Positions 1 through 10,485 of a DNA stretch of 64,000 bases are shown here, in pieces. The notes below the pieces were generated by a model. That model did no database searches, was not told the origin of the DNA, and was given only the letters and a program-made list of their open reading frames with translations. The stretch is from Ancylonema sp. Taxonomy: Eukaryota. Both the position numbers and the translations under genes were made by a program. Location: positions 1 to 64,000 of the forward strand of contig JBFLGF010000027.1 of assembly GCA_050230475.1 (NCBI GenBank), written 5' to 3'. Positions within the stretch are counted from its first letter, which is position 1, and every line of letters begins with the position of its first letter.

Positions 1-532
1 TGAGTGGGAACACGTGTCCTGGTTTGCGGAAGTTGTGCGGTTGGGCGTCGGGCCCAGCCAGCATGCGGAGGGTGTGGGCGCGTTCCGTGGCGGAAATTCC
101 GGAGCCGTCTACCGCGGCATCCTGGCAGACCCAACACCAAACGGGTTGAAGACACAGAACGATAACAGGGTGGGACGTGGGGGAGATCTGAGGGGGTGGG
201 GGCGGCGGTGGGGGCAGGGGCGGACCACTGGTACGGTGTACGCAGTACGGAAGGTGTCTGAGTTTGCCTCTGGGGGAAGCATGAGGGGCAGCTGGAGGTG
301 GTCGACGAGGGCGGGGGGGAGGGAGGCGCAAATGAGGCCACTGCAGTGGCGCAACATGAAGGCGATTGCCTCGGGGGTGGCGTGCTCGGCGGCCATGATG
401 AGGTCGCCCTCGTTCTCGCGATCGGCCGAGTCCACCACAACCACAAGGCCCCCCGCGCGGATGGCTGCGACGGCATCTGCGATGGGGGACATGCCGGGGG
501 TGGGGCGGTCGGGATCATCCGCCACGTGGCTA
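1..532 (-). CDS. RIBA: Riboflavin biosynthesis RIBA / 3,4-dihydroxy-2-butanone-4-phosphate synthase domain (5' portion, runs off the window)
   Basis: Exon ~532-226 encodes [41 protein letters not shown]...CSGLIC...TAYTVPV. A GT..AG intron spans 225-122. Exon 121-1 encodes [40 protein letters not shown]. These are DHBP synthase motifs. A TTTTCAG acceptor at ~533 implies unresolved upstream exon(s). Confidence 0.9.
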
Positions 533-1838
533 CTGAAAATATCATCAACGGACGCCGAAGATATCCTGCGCCACGCCTCCCCTTTGCCACGTCAGCAGAA
601 CCACAAAACGGGAAGGAAATGCAGGCGCAGGAGGAGATTGGCGTGCATGGAGGCGTTTTGAATTCGTGCCAAGATCATTCGTGCTAAGAGCTTATAGAGC
701 AGGGAGATTGGGGACACCTGCTATGAATTCGAAGGCCTTTGTCGACTTCTATACGCGCATTTTGTGCGGCCGATGGACGAAGACATAAAAGCCCCGAAAT
801 CCTGTTTAGATCCCGCGATGGAGGATGCGGCTGCGAATGGAGGAAAACGGAGGGTGTCCCCCCTGCCAGGACGTCCATCCGGCGCTACGTACGCAGACTC
901 CCTCCTCTTCTGCCCCCCCCCAGATGACAGTCACCTACTAGAGACCATCATCTGAGACCGACACGACCTCACACGTCGAGTCGAGCACACGTCAATGCAA
1001 GCGAGACGTGAACGGTTGAAGCCACTAAAGTGTATCAGTGGAAGTTATGAAGGCTCTCTGTGAGGAAAAAATTAAAGTGAACACGCTGGCTTTGGGCTCA
1101 AAGCCAATTATGACTTTCGGAACTGGCAGTTGACCGTGACGGTGGTCAACGGCGACAAGGTCCCTCCGCGATCTGCGGAGTAGAAAATCCCAGTTTCTCA
1201 TCCAGCCGCAGGTAACCATCCAGCTTGCGGATGGCGATACGCTGGAGGCGTACCGAACCGATATCGGTACAATTCCCACACTGGACTTTGGTCCCCAAAG
1301 AAATTGTTTGAGTTGGCGGAACTTCGCCCAGCACCCAACCTTGCCCATCCGCTGGTTCGCACCTCTGCTCGTACACCCGCATGTCCCCCCGCCATCTCTA
1401 AACACCGGTCGAAAACACCGGACTTCGTTCTTCGGGGGGGAGGACATCGAGGCGGAGACTACAACATGATGACCTGCTGCCGGTAGCAGAAGCAGGCCGT
1501 CGTAGGGTGCAATACTGAGGATACGAAGCCCGAGTCGCGGCTGATTCTAAAGGGTCTACCCGATCACATTACCTAAGGCCACTGTGTCGTTTGGTCGCCG
1601 TTTGCTGTTTGCCGTTTGCCGTTTGCCGTTTGCATTCAGGTCCACGTCATGTTCACGTGATTCAGGTCCGGAGTTGCCCCCACTCAGTTCGACGGCTAGG
1701 ACCTCAACCCGTTTTCTCCATTCACTTGCTTTTTCTTGTCAGCTGGTATCTGGCATCCATGAAAATGCGGGTCAAGTTGAATGCCCGATTGTAGTTGATC
1801 CGTAGGCAATGTCGCCCTGACGTCCGGAGCCATGTGAA

Positions 1839-3930
1839 ATGGTGCGCAAGACCTCGAGCGCTCTCCCTCACCGGACCGGACGATGGAGAGGATGTCGGCT
1901 GCAGATCTCCCTCGCCATCGCGCTGATGCTCGCGATCCTCGTCATTCGAAGGTAATTGCTCGCTCCCACAAAACAAATGGACGAGAAATGAGACCCAGGT
2001 CCAGTGACCATGAATCTGGAAATTTATACAGCTGGCATTTACATTGATTATACTCGGACTGCGTGCACTTATTTTGTCATTCGCGCTACTGACTGCCCCA
2101 ACCGGCCTTCCGCATGCAGCGTCATTCTCTCGGAATCTTTTTTCAAGGCGACTCCAGGGCATGTAGCAGAAATCAGTACCCCGCATGACCTCGACCCCAG
2201 AGATTCTCCGCTCGTCGTGCTTCCTTTCATGGTCCGTCCTCCAAATACCACGTCGGGAATGCTGCTCCACACGTGGGAACCTCCTGCCACGGGCCCCGTA
2301 CCAGCTGTCGACGAGAAATCACAACCCCTCTCGACCTCCCCGACATCGGAAGCACCTCCGATGTCCGTGGCGGCAGCAGCCCAACCTCAGGCTCGCAGCT
2401 GGAGGGAGGTGGCCATCGCAGCCTCCAAATCCAAGCAGATTGAGAGTAGTCGCCCCCCGTTCGTCCCCCGATGCCTCGACCCCAACCAGCCCCTCTGCTT
2501 CCTCTCCGATGACCAGCTCGTCAAATGGCGCAAAACGCGCCCGCCCCGCCCACCCCAGCCGCCCCCGCCGCCCCCGCCCCCCCCCGACCCCGAGGAGGAG
2601 GAGTACGAGCAGCTCCCCATCCCCGCCCGCATGGAGTGGCCAAAAGAACGTGGGTCGCTCAGAAGCGCGTGGCAGCAGGCCAGGGAAAGGAGCAGGGGGA
2701 GGGTGGGGGTGGTTGGGCAGCAGAAGATGGAGAGGTCTGTGGAGTGGAGTGAGTTGGTGGGGAGGGCAAAGCGCAACGGGACGAGGATGTGGGAGAGGTT
2801 GGGGATGGGGGAGGGGGAGGGGGTGGTTGTCCCTGGCCCACGCCCTGCCTCCGAGCTGTTTGTGGGCATCTTCTCGAGTCCGCTGCATGTCAAGCGGCGC
2901 CAAGGGTGTAGGGACACGTGGCTCAGCGGGAAGGAGGTGAAGGAGGGGACGGTGATGTACCGGTTCTTTGTGGGGCTGGTGAGACACGGAGCCACATGAA
3001 AGGCCACCTAACGCAAACGCTACATGGAGTGCCCCTCTCATCAAGATTCAAGGGGGGGGTGGGGTTGGGGGTTGGGGGGGCAGCATCGCAACGTGAGCGT
3101 ATCGGAATCTTTGTTGGCGGAGCGAAGACGGTTTGGCGATTTGGTCCTCCTTCCGCTCATGGACTCGTACTACATCATCGCATTCAAGACCCTCGCCATC
3201 GCTCAATTTGCCGTACGCCACCATCACACCATCACACCATAACCCCATCAACCCCCAACCCCTTCCCCCCCCCTTTGTGTGCCCATACTTGTTGGTGCCC
3301 CCCCCTTGCCCCCCTGCAGGCCACCCAAGTGGACTCTCTCTACGTCATGAAGACGGATGACGACGCCTACGTGCGATTGGACGCGGTGATGAGGAATCTG
3401 ACTACTTTGAATCGTACCGCAGCCTCCCCTCCCACCCTTTTGTACGGGAATCTTGTGCGGAAGACGGCCCCTGCACGCTCGCGAAAAAGCAAGTGGTTTG
3501 TGAGCTACAAGGTATCGTGCAGGCAACCCCTCTCTATAGGCACAACCACACCACGTGGCATTCACAACAATGCGAGTGGTTTGTGGTGTTGCCGTCAACG
3601 TGTTTATAGGAATGGCCTCAACGTCATTTTCCCATTTGGGCCCACGGCGCGGCCTACATCTTCTCCCAAGACATTGCAAGGAGCATTAGCGCCTCGGATG
3701 CGGAGGGCAATCTTCCGATGTTTAAGTTGGAGGACGTTGGTTTGGCAATATGGGTGGATGCGCTGGTGCATAACGGGATGGCGGTCGACTATGTGAACGA
3801 TAAGTCGATCGTGTTTGATGGATGTCGCGACAATTATACCGTGGCGCATTACCAGATGCCGAGGAATATGCATTGCTTGCATGAGAATCTGGCGAACGGG
3901 AGTGGGGCCAAGTGCTGCAATCTCTTTTAG
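1839..3930 (+). CDS. GT31 family beta-1,3-galactosyltransferase (GALT-like), type II membrane protein
   Basis: Phase-compatible GT-AG exons: 1839-1951, 2120-2978, 3084-3212, 3320-3511, 3610-3930. Signal anchor LQISLAIALMLAILVIR, then a Pro-rich stem. GT31 motifs LFVGIFS..RR..RDTW, RFFVGL, YVMKTDDDAYV, WAHGAAYIFSQDIA, FKLEDVGLAIWV and a terminal CC. Confidence 0.9.
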
Positions 3931-4498
3931 GTGCTAGGTGGTGGGTTGCTTGGTAGCAGAAGCTTTACTGCATAGCAAACCGTGCAGAACACGACTTGTT
4001 CTGCTTTATAGCTTTGTAGCTTTATAGCTTCACACCAAGGAGAAGGAAAATGTGGTTGGGAAGGATTGTAGTGCCACATAATGGCTCGGAGCCTCTATTA
4101 AACACCAAGGATAAGCTTGCCAATAGTGGAAGTTTTTTTAGAGGCACTATTGTATCACGAGGCAAGGCTTGGCATCCTAAGATTTCTGTGCACTTTTACA
4201 AGCGTGGTAAGCGACCCTCTAAACATTATGAGTGGCAGTCAAGTAACAACTTCTGTCCCAAAGAGCTAGTCAACAGCCCCGTACCACATTATGGGAATTT
4301 CAACATTAATACTTTAAATTGCCTACTTGTCCTCACACCACTTCAATGCCATTCTCTTCAATGTTGGGTGATTGAACCACTGAATCTGTGAACACACACA
4401 TTCTCACTTCAACATCCGTCGCATGTACACTACTTAGCTACACCTTACGCCCCCCCTCAGTGGCACACACAAGACCATTTTAGAAAGTGGTTCACCAC

Positions 4499-5754
4499 TC
4501 ATTTCTGATGGAGGCGCACCCCACAATAGTTGCCCAAATTCACACGCCTTTGATGGTGGTCTCCCTCCGTGCTAAGGCCATAGAAGACGAGGAGTTTGAG
4601 AACCGCAGCCTCGTCCAACGCGGTGGGAGAGGCCCAATCCTGCGCATACAAGGGGAAGTCAATAGGGACGGATCCGCGATCGTCAGGCAAAGGAAGGAGG
4701 CGGGGGGGGTTCTCCACGTCGATTGAGTTAGCGACGTTGTGCATCCGCGCGTTTAGTTGTGCATACCTGCCACGTGGGAACAAGGGTGGAACTTAATGTG
4801 TGTCAGTAATGCAAAGGCGGTGGTCTCATGAGGCGCACGGAAAGCCTGCGATGAATAAGGACTTTGATGCACTTCCTTGTCGTAAGGCAAGCATTGCGCC
4901 CAACTTGCTATTTGAAAGGATGGGCACCACTGGATGCTATTCGAAAGTGAATGACACGAGGCGAATGCTATAAGTGGTATCCCATGGTGCGGAAGTTGGC
5001 CGCACAACGTCCCTCAACAAAAATCTATTAAATTTTCATTATTATAATCTAAGGTGCACGAGTACAATTGTGTGAAAGCAACATTGGGAAGACTCGATTC
5101 ATCAACGTCGATATGTTATCCAAGATCAGATAGAGTCTTCAAGAAATCAAATTTATCCTCTTTCATTTGCTTCATATGGACACACGGATACCCCCATTGC
5201 ACATATGCACAAATTCGCATTCTTTGTCCCCAATGATGGTGTCGCATGCAGTGGCAAACCGACCAGAATTACAGGGAGCAAACATAGAGGACACTCATGT
5301 TAAAAAAGTCTACGCATCGGAGAGGCAGAGGACTAACAGACTGCCAATCTACAACTGTCCTGTAGGAAATCCTTTCAGTAAGGAGTCAAGACTTCAAATC
5401 GCTCAAAATTCAGTCTTTGCATGACGACTCTTCGAAGGGTTCGGTTTCTCCTTACTCGACAGCGATCTGTTTCGGCAAATTCCTTTCCAGTCGCTCTACG
5501 ACACCCTGCAGTGTCGTCAGGCGTTGTTCGAACATCTTCTCGTGCCCGAGCTGCGAGCGCTGGAGGTTGACAAGGGCCTCATTCGCAGATTGAAGAGCTG
5601 AGACCGCCGTTACGACTTCCGGGACTCCCACAGCAGAAGATTGTGAAGCCTCCGGCTTGGACCCTCTCTGCATGGACGTGCTCAGCGCGGCGAATTCTTG
5701 AGACAGGCGACCGAATGCGTGGCCAACTCCTGTAAAATCAATGGAGTCGGCCAT
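4499..5754 (-). CDS. Two-exon protein: N-terminal helix, coiled coil, and Mug135/MUG2-like C-terminal domain
   Basis: Exon 1 is 5754-5456 (ends GTCGA|GTAAG). Exon 2 is 4766-4499 (GCAG|GTATGCA). The phases join to give ...QIAVE-YAQLNARMHN...LLPLPDDRGSVPIDFP...LKLLVFYGLSTEGDHHQRRVNLGNYCG. The domain call is by recalled pattern only. Confidence 0.7.
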
Positions 5755-5994
5755 GGCTGCAGCTGAGTCTGGAAGGTGAAGGGACAGTTGGCTAAATAAA
5801 GGATGGAGGCAAGGAAAGTACTGACTTCAAACGCCAGTCTGCGGAACGTCACTTCACCTTCGCCGCTCCAGTATGACACGTGGAAGTTTGACTCCTACCT
5901 GGCACCATCATCTTTCCGAATCGCCTGTATTGATTCAGACGGATATTGATATTCGGACAGGTGTTTCTAGACCGGTACATCGATCTGCTCTCTC

Positions 5995-6434
5995 TAGGGA
6001 TGCGCTCCCCCGTCCTCCGGGTCCCCCGTCCCCCGTCCTCTTACGGGGGATCCACCGTCCCCTTCTACTCAAACTACGGAGGAATCGGGGGACGCGGGGG
6101 AAGAAACGGGGGAAACGGGGGAATTACGGGGGACACGGGGGAGCCTACCGGGAGGGGGGTGGGTCTTGAATCTGGGCCAGGAACACGCCAGATTCTGGGT
6201 TGCCGACCGGTTTATCCTCCGTGCCCCCCGTCTTCCCCCGTTTCCTCCCCCGTGTCCCCCGTTGTCCCCCGATTAGGCCCCCGTTTCCCCCGTTCTCCCC
6301 CGTGTCCCTCGTATGCAGCCGTTGCGGCGGGGATTTTCCCAGCCGCGATCGGTCCCCCGTAAACGGGGGAGGCGGACGGGGGACGGGGGAGTCCGCCTCC
6401 CCCGATTGATGTCAAACGGGGGAGCGCATCCCTA
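5995..6434. mobile_element. hAT-type MITE, 440 bp
   Basis: TIR TAGGGATGCGCTCCCCCGT (5995-6013) / ACGGGGGAGCGCATCCCTA (6416-6434). Perfect 8-bp TSD GCTCTCTC on both sides. Many internal ACGGGG/CCCCGT repeats. Confidence 0.92.
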
Positions 6435-6684
6435 GCTCTCTCCGATCTACTTTTGCCACAAATTCGTGGTCCGGAAGTCCGATTCTCCACAACTGTTTTT
6501 TGCCAACCCAGGTGATACTACTGCCGTGAGGAGGGGGTACCCGCCTGAACAGCTGATCCAGTTCTGAGGCATACATCGGAGGCACTGCGAAACGCAGCGC
6601 CTCTGTGTACATCAGCATTACCTCTGGTCGGGGGAGGTGGTATCAGTACTGCCGAAATTTCCAGAGGATTTTGCGTGTGGGTCG

Positions 6685-8586
6685 ATGGCCCCCCAACGAA
6701 TCTCCAGATCACGGGCCCGCGTCTTCTTTGATATCTCGATCGGCGGAGAGCCAGTCGAGAGGGTACTAATGGAGGTGGGCGCCAAATTCCACTGCGAATG
6801 AAGTATTATGTGGCTCACTGATTAGTTACTCCTTTTCTGCAATCTGTGCAGCTATTCACCGATGTTGTACCAAAGACGGCGGAGAATTTCAGGTGTCTGT
6901 GTGCAGGTAACCGCCAATTCATTACACTGAACTCCGCAATTTTGATTTTGACAAAGTTCCAACTTTGCGCGCGGTGGTGCGTGGGCGCAGGTTCGGCTGG
7001 CATTGGTAAGGTGACAGGGAAGCCATTGACGTACAAGAAGTCCATCTTTCATCGCGTTATACCGGGCTTCATGTGCCAGGTACATGGCAGTAGTCCACAT
7101 CTTCCTCATCTCTGGTGGCTGAGCTGACGCTGATCGGTGGGTGGTGATTGCGGGGTGGTGTCAGGGAGGCGACTTCAGCAACAAAGACGGTGAGGCGGTT
7201 ACGGTTACGGTTGGTGCTGCCGACAGAGCACGGATGGATTTTCTTATAGGATGAGTCGGTGCTTGTATGCAGGGACGGGCGGCGAATCCATCTACGGGGG
7301 CAAGTTCGAAGGTATGGCCGGGCGCCAAGCAGTCTCGAGACGCACTTCTCCGTTCCTTTCTCCTGACTGTTTCCTTCCCCTGCGTCAGATGAGAACTTCA
7401 TTTCGAAGCACACGGATGCTGGTCTCCTCTCGATGGCGAACGCGGGTCGTGACACCAACGGGTCGCAGTTCTTCATCACCCTCAAGTCCACCCCCCACCT
7501 GGACGGGAAGCACACGGTGTTCGGGAAAGTGGTGGGGGGGATGGAGGTGGTGAGGAGGATGGAGGGGGTGGACAGAGGGGCAAGGGACAGACCAGTGATG
7601 CCGATCAAAATAGTGAACTGCGGGGAGGAGAAGAAGGAGGAGGAGAAGGGGAAGGGGAAGGAGAAGGAGAAGGAGAAGGAGGAGGAAGTAAAAAAGAGAG
7701 AGAGAGGGAGGAGGGAGGGAGGGAAGGAGAGGAAGAAAAAGAGGCGCCACCGTTCAGCCAAAAAATCAGATACGGAATCCGATTCGGAATTCGACTCCGA
7801 ATCGATGTCGGAGTCCGAGTCGGAATCGGAGTCGGAATCAGATACTGCCTCCGAGGATCGGAAACGTACGGCCGCGAAAGTGAAGCGGAAGGACGGAAAG
7901 TGAGTCCACATGCCCCACCTGCCCTCCACCCCCCCCCTAGCAGTGGCAGCGCATTGAGTATGAGTGGGTGGGGGCTGGCAGGCGGAGGGCAGCAGAGGAA
8001 GAGAAGAAGCGGGAGGGAGGCGAGGAGGAGGGGGGAAGGGAGAGGGAGAGGGAAAGGGAGAGAGAAAGGGAGAGGGAGAGGGAAAGGGAAAGGGAAAGGG
8101 AAAGGGAGAGAGAGAGGGAGAGGGAGAGAGAGAGGGAGAGGGAGAAGGAGAGGGATGAACCTTCTCTCAAGGTTGAGCCTCCAAGGTGAGGGGATTCTGT
8201 CCCCTTTGCCACCTGGCAGCTGCTGGTTGGTGTTGACTAACCCGTGCGTCCTTTTTGTGGGTGGTAGGCCAGGAGAGAAAGTACGTCGCGGCCGTGGGTT
8301 CAGCTCCAAGTATTCGTTTGCTCGTCGATACCGCACACCCTCTCCTCCACCTCCACCGCGGGAACGGAGTAGGAGCACAAGTCCGAAGGGGGGGAGGAGG
8401 AGGGGGGCGGAGGGGGGGGGGGGTAGGGAAAGGGAGAGGGGGAGGGGGAGGGTGGAGGGGGTGGAGAGGGAGAATGGACGGCGAGATCGCGATCAGAGGG
8501 AGAAGGGGCGGAGGTCTGTGAGTGGGGAGGAGGATTCGCCTGTGGCTCAGCCTCGCCTAGTGGAGTACCGGGGGGGGGAGGACTGA
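6685..8586 (+). CDS. Multidomain nuclear cyclophilin (PPIase plus charged RE/RS tail), CYP63-like
   Basis: Exons 6685-6774, 6852-6906, 6991-7079, 7165-7189, 7273-7311, 7389-7899, ~7982-8185, ~8268-8586. Motifs [62 protein letters not shown]. The tail contains an (RE)n run and [20 protein letters not shown]. Confidence 0.92.
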
Positions 8587-9111
8587 GGAGGCGGAGGGAG
8601 GGGGGACAAGATTGTTCGGGGCTGTGGAGAGAAAGGGGTGTAGGCCTTGGGTCTTTTTTCGAATGTGGGGGCTTGGTGAAACGCATAGCTAGGTCATTCA
8701 CAACTATTTTTTGAAAATGAAATGACTATTTTTTCCATATTTTACGTTCGTTTTGTGTGATTATAGGCTCTTATGTGCGTACATATCTACGTTGCCGATC
8801 ACCTTGTGGCCTACCCTCTAGGTGCAAGTTCATATCCAGTGATCACATTTGAGGTGGCAGTGCAATAGTGTGGGGAGGCATATGTATGTGCACCGCTTTG
8901 CCCAACATGGCTTTCGACACAGAGTTGCAAATAGAGTTGGATTTGCAAAAAACTCCAATTCACTGCCCTGATTGATTTTGGACGTCGATTATTGATTCAC
9001 TCTCCATCGTACAAGATTTGTGAAAGGTGTTCGCTCATGAGCCCAAGCTAATGTTTCAATTCATTCTTGACAACATCCTTGTGAAAATATTAAGAACTCA
9101 AAGCTTGTAGC

Positions 9112-9192
9112 CATCGTTGGGCCCGATCGATACCGATTCCCGCTCCGGGTCGGCGTCGATCGGACTTTACCAACGGATCAGGCCCAACTATG
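9112..9192. mobile_element. Very short hAT-type MITE (CATAGTTGGGCC family), 81 bp
   Basis: TIR CATCGTTGGGCCCGATC / GATCAGGCCCAACTATG. Flanks CTTGTAGC / CTTGTAGG (7/8 TSD). Confidence 0.75.
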
Positions 9193-9214
9193 CTTGTAGG
9201 CCATACAAGGTGTT

Positions 9215-9288
9215 CGTATATGGGCCCGATCCGATCAGAGCACCTGCGATTTGGCTCCCATCCGGATCTGGGATTGGGCCCAACTATG
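9215..9288. mobile_element. Second very short hAT-type MITE of the same family, ~74 bp
   Basis: Ends CGTATATGGGCCCGATC / GATTGGGCCCAACTATG. Flanks AAGGTGTT / AAGGTGAC (6/8). Related GATCCG-rich remnants continue to ~9590. Confidence 0.6.
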
Positions 9289-9790
9289 AAGGTGACCCAT
9301 TCCGAACATTTTTGCATAAACTTTTCTGATCCATCCCGATTCCCGATACGGATCGGCGCCGGGTTGGTAATCTCCCTATCTGGTAGGGGGGCACAACGAG
9401 GGGAAAAAATATGTTCCAAAAAAAACTCGTTTTCGGGGTTCTACGCCACAATGGGTGCATATGGACTTTTCTCCCCCCATCATTTTCACTTGGTATTAGG
9501 CGCCTCCGATCCACGTCGGCGCCGGATCGGGTCCGATCCGTATGTGTGATCGAAAATTCCGTAATTCCGATCGACTCGGGACCGACTAAGATGCAATTGG
9601 TAGAAGATTCGATAGCTTGAGCACCATTCCCTTGCCGCGAAATAAGAAAGGGTTTCTAGAGTGACTGATAAAAACCTATCCAATAGAGGATAGTATCTTA
9701 GTATTTAGAGTGGAATAGAAAGCAACCTGATCACGAACTTCATATAAACCATCAAACATAAAATTTGGTTGTAGTCTATAACCCAGAAGG

Positions 9791-9821
<31 letters not shown>

Positions 9822-10485
9822 AGTCTGGATGCAATGGCACCTTCTGCAGGATTAAGAATAGTGGAGTGATGGATGAACTAAGAAGTCACCAGGGCCAATA
9901 ATTCAGTCTTACAATTAGCCTTCACTACATCTTACCAACTCAGTCACTTCATACTTTAATCAGCATTCGAAGCGGGCCTAGTTGTATAGCATTATTAATT
10001 CATACGGCAAAGCCATTGAACTTTAAACGGGAGCAGATTGGATCCAATGAGCTAATAGCAATAAATGTTTCCAACGATATTTGTTTAAAATTGTTGCAAA
10101 AGCAAGCATCACATCTTTATGAACATGAAGACTAAGTGTATGGAAAAATACATGCAAGACTTGTCTTTCACACATGGTGGCAAAAAGGGCAACAGCATTC
10201 TGATGATTGGCAAGGAACAATTTTTGACCGAATCGGAATCTATCCACATCCACCCATTGCAAAATGAGACGAGACTCAATCCTGAAGTTTGCCTCTACAC
10301 AAAGGAAGCCCACCACAATTTGTGCGCAACAAATGTACCTCAAAACTATCTGGCGCACTCCTTGCTATCTGCGAAGGAAGGCAGGACAGCAGGACCTTCC
10401 CATTCCCCATTCACTGTCCACAGCAGCCCATTTCTTTACCCTACCCAAAACCCTTACCCCCCCCCCTGCCTCATGCCCCGTCTCT

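Noticed and set aside
956..1560. Possible gene or riboswitch between RIBA and the GT31 gene
   Set aside because: The short ORFs have no recognisable motifs, only small hairpins are present, and no FMN or TPP riboswitch consensus was seen.
7069..8701. Long overlapping ORFs such as (SL)n, (GE)n and (PF)n
   Set aside because: They are shadow frames of the purine-rich low-complexity cyclophilin tail.
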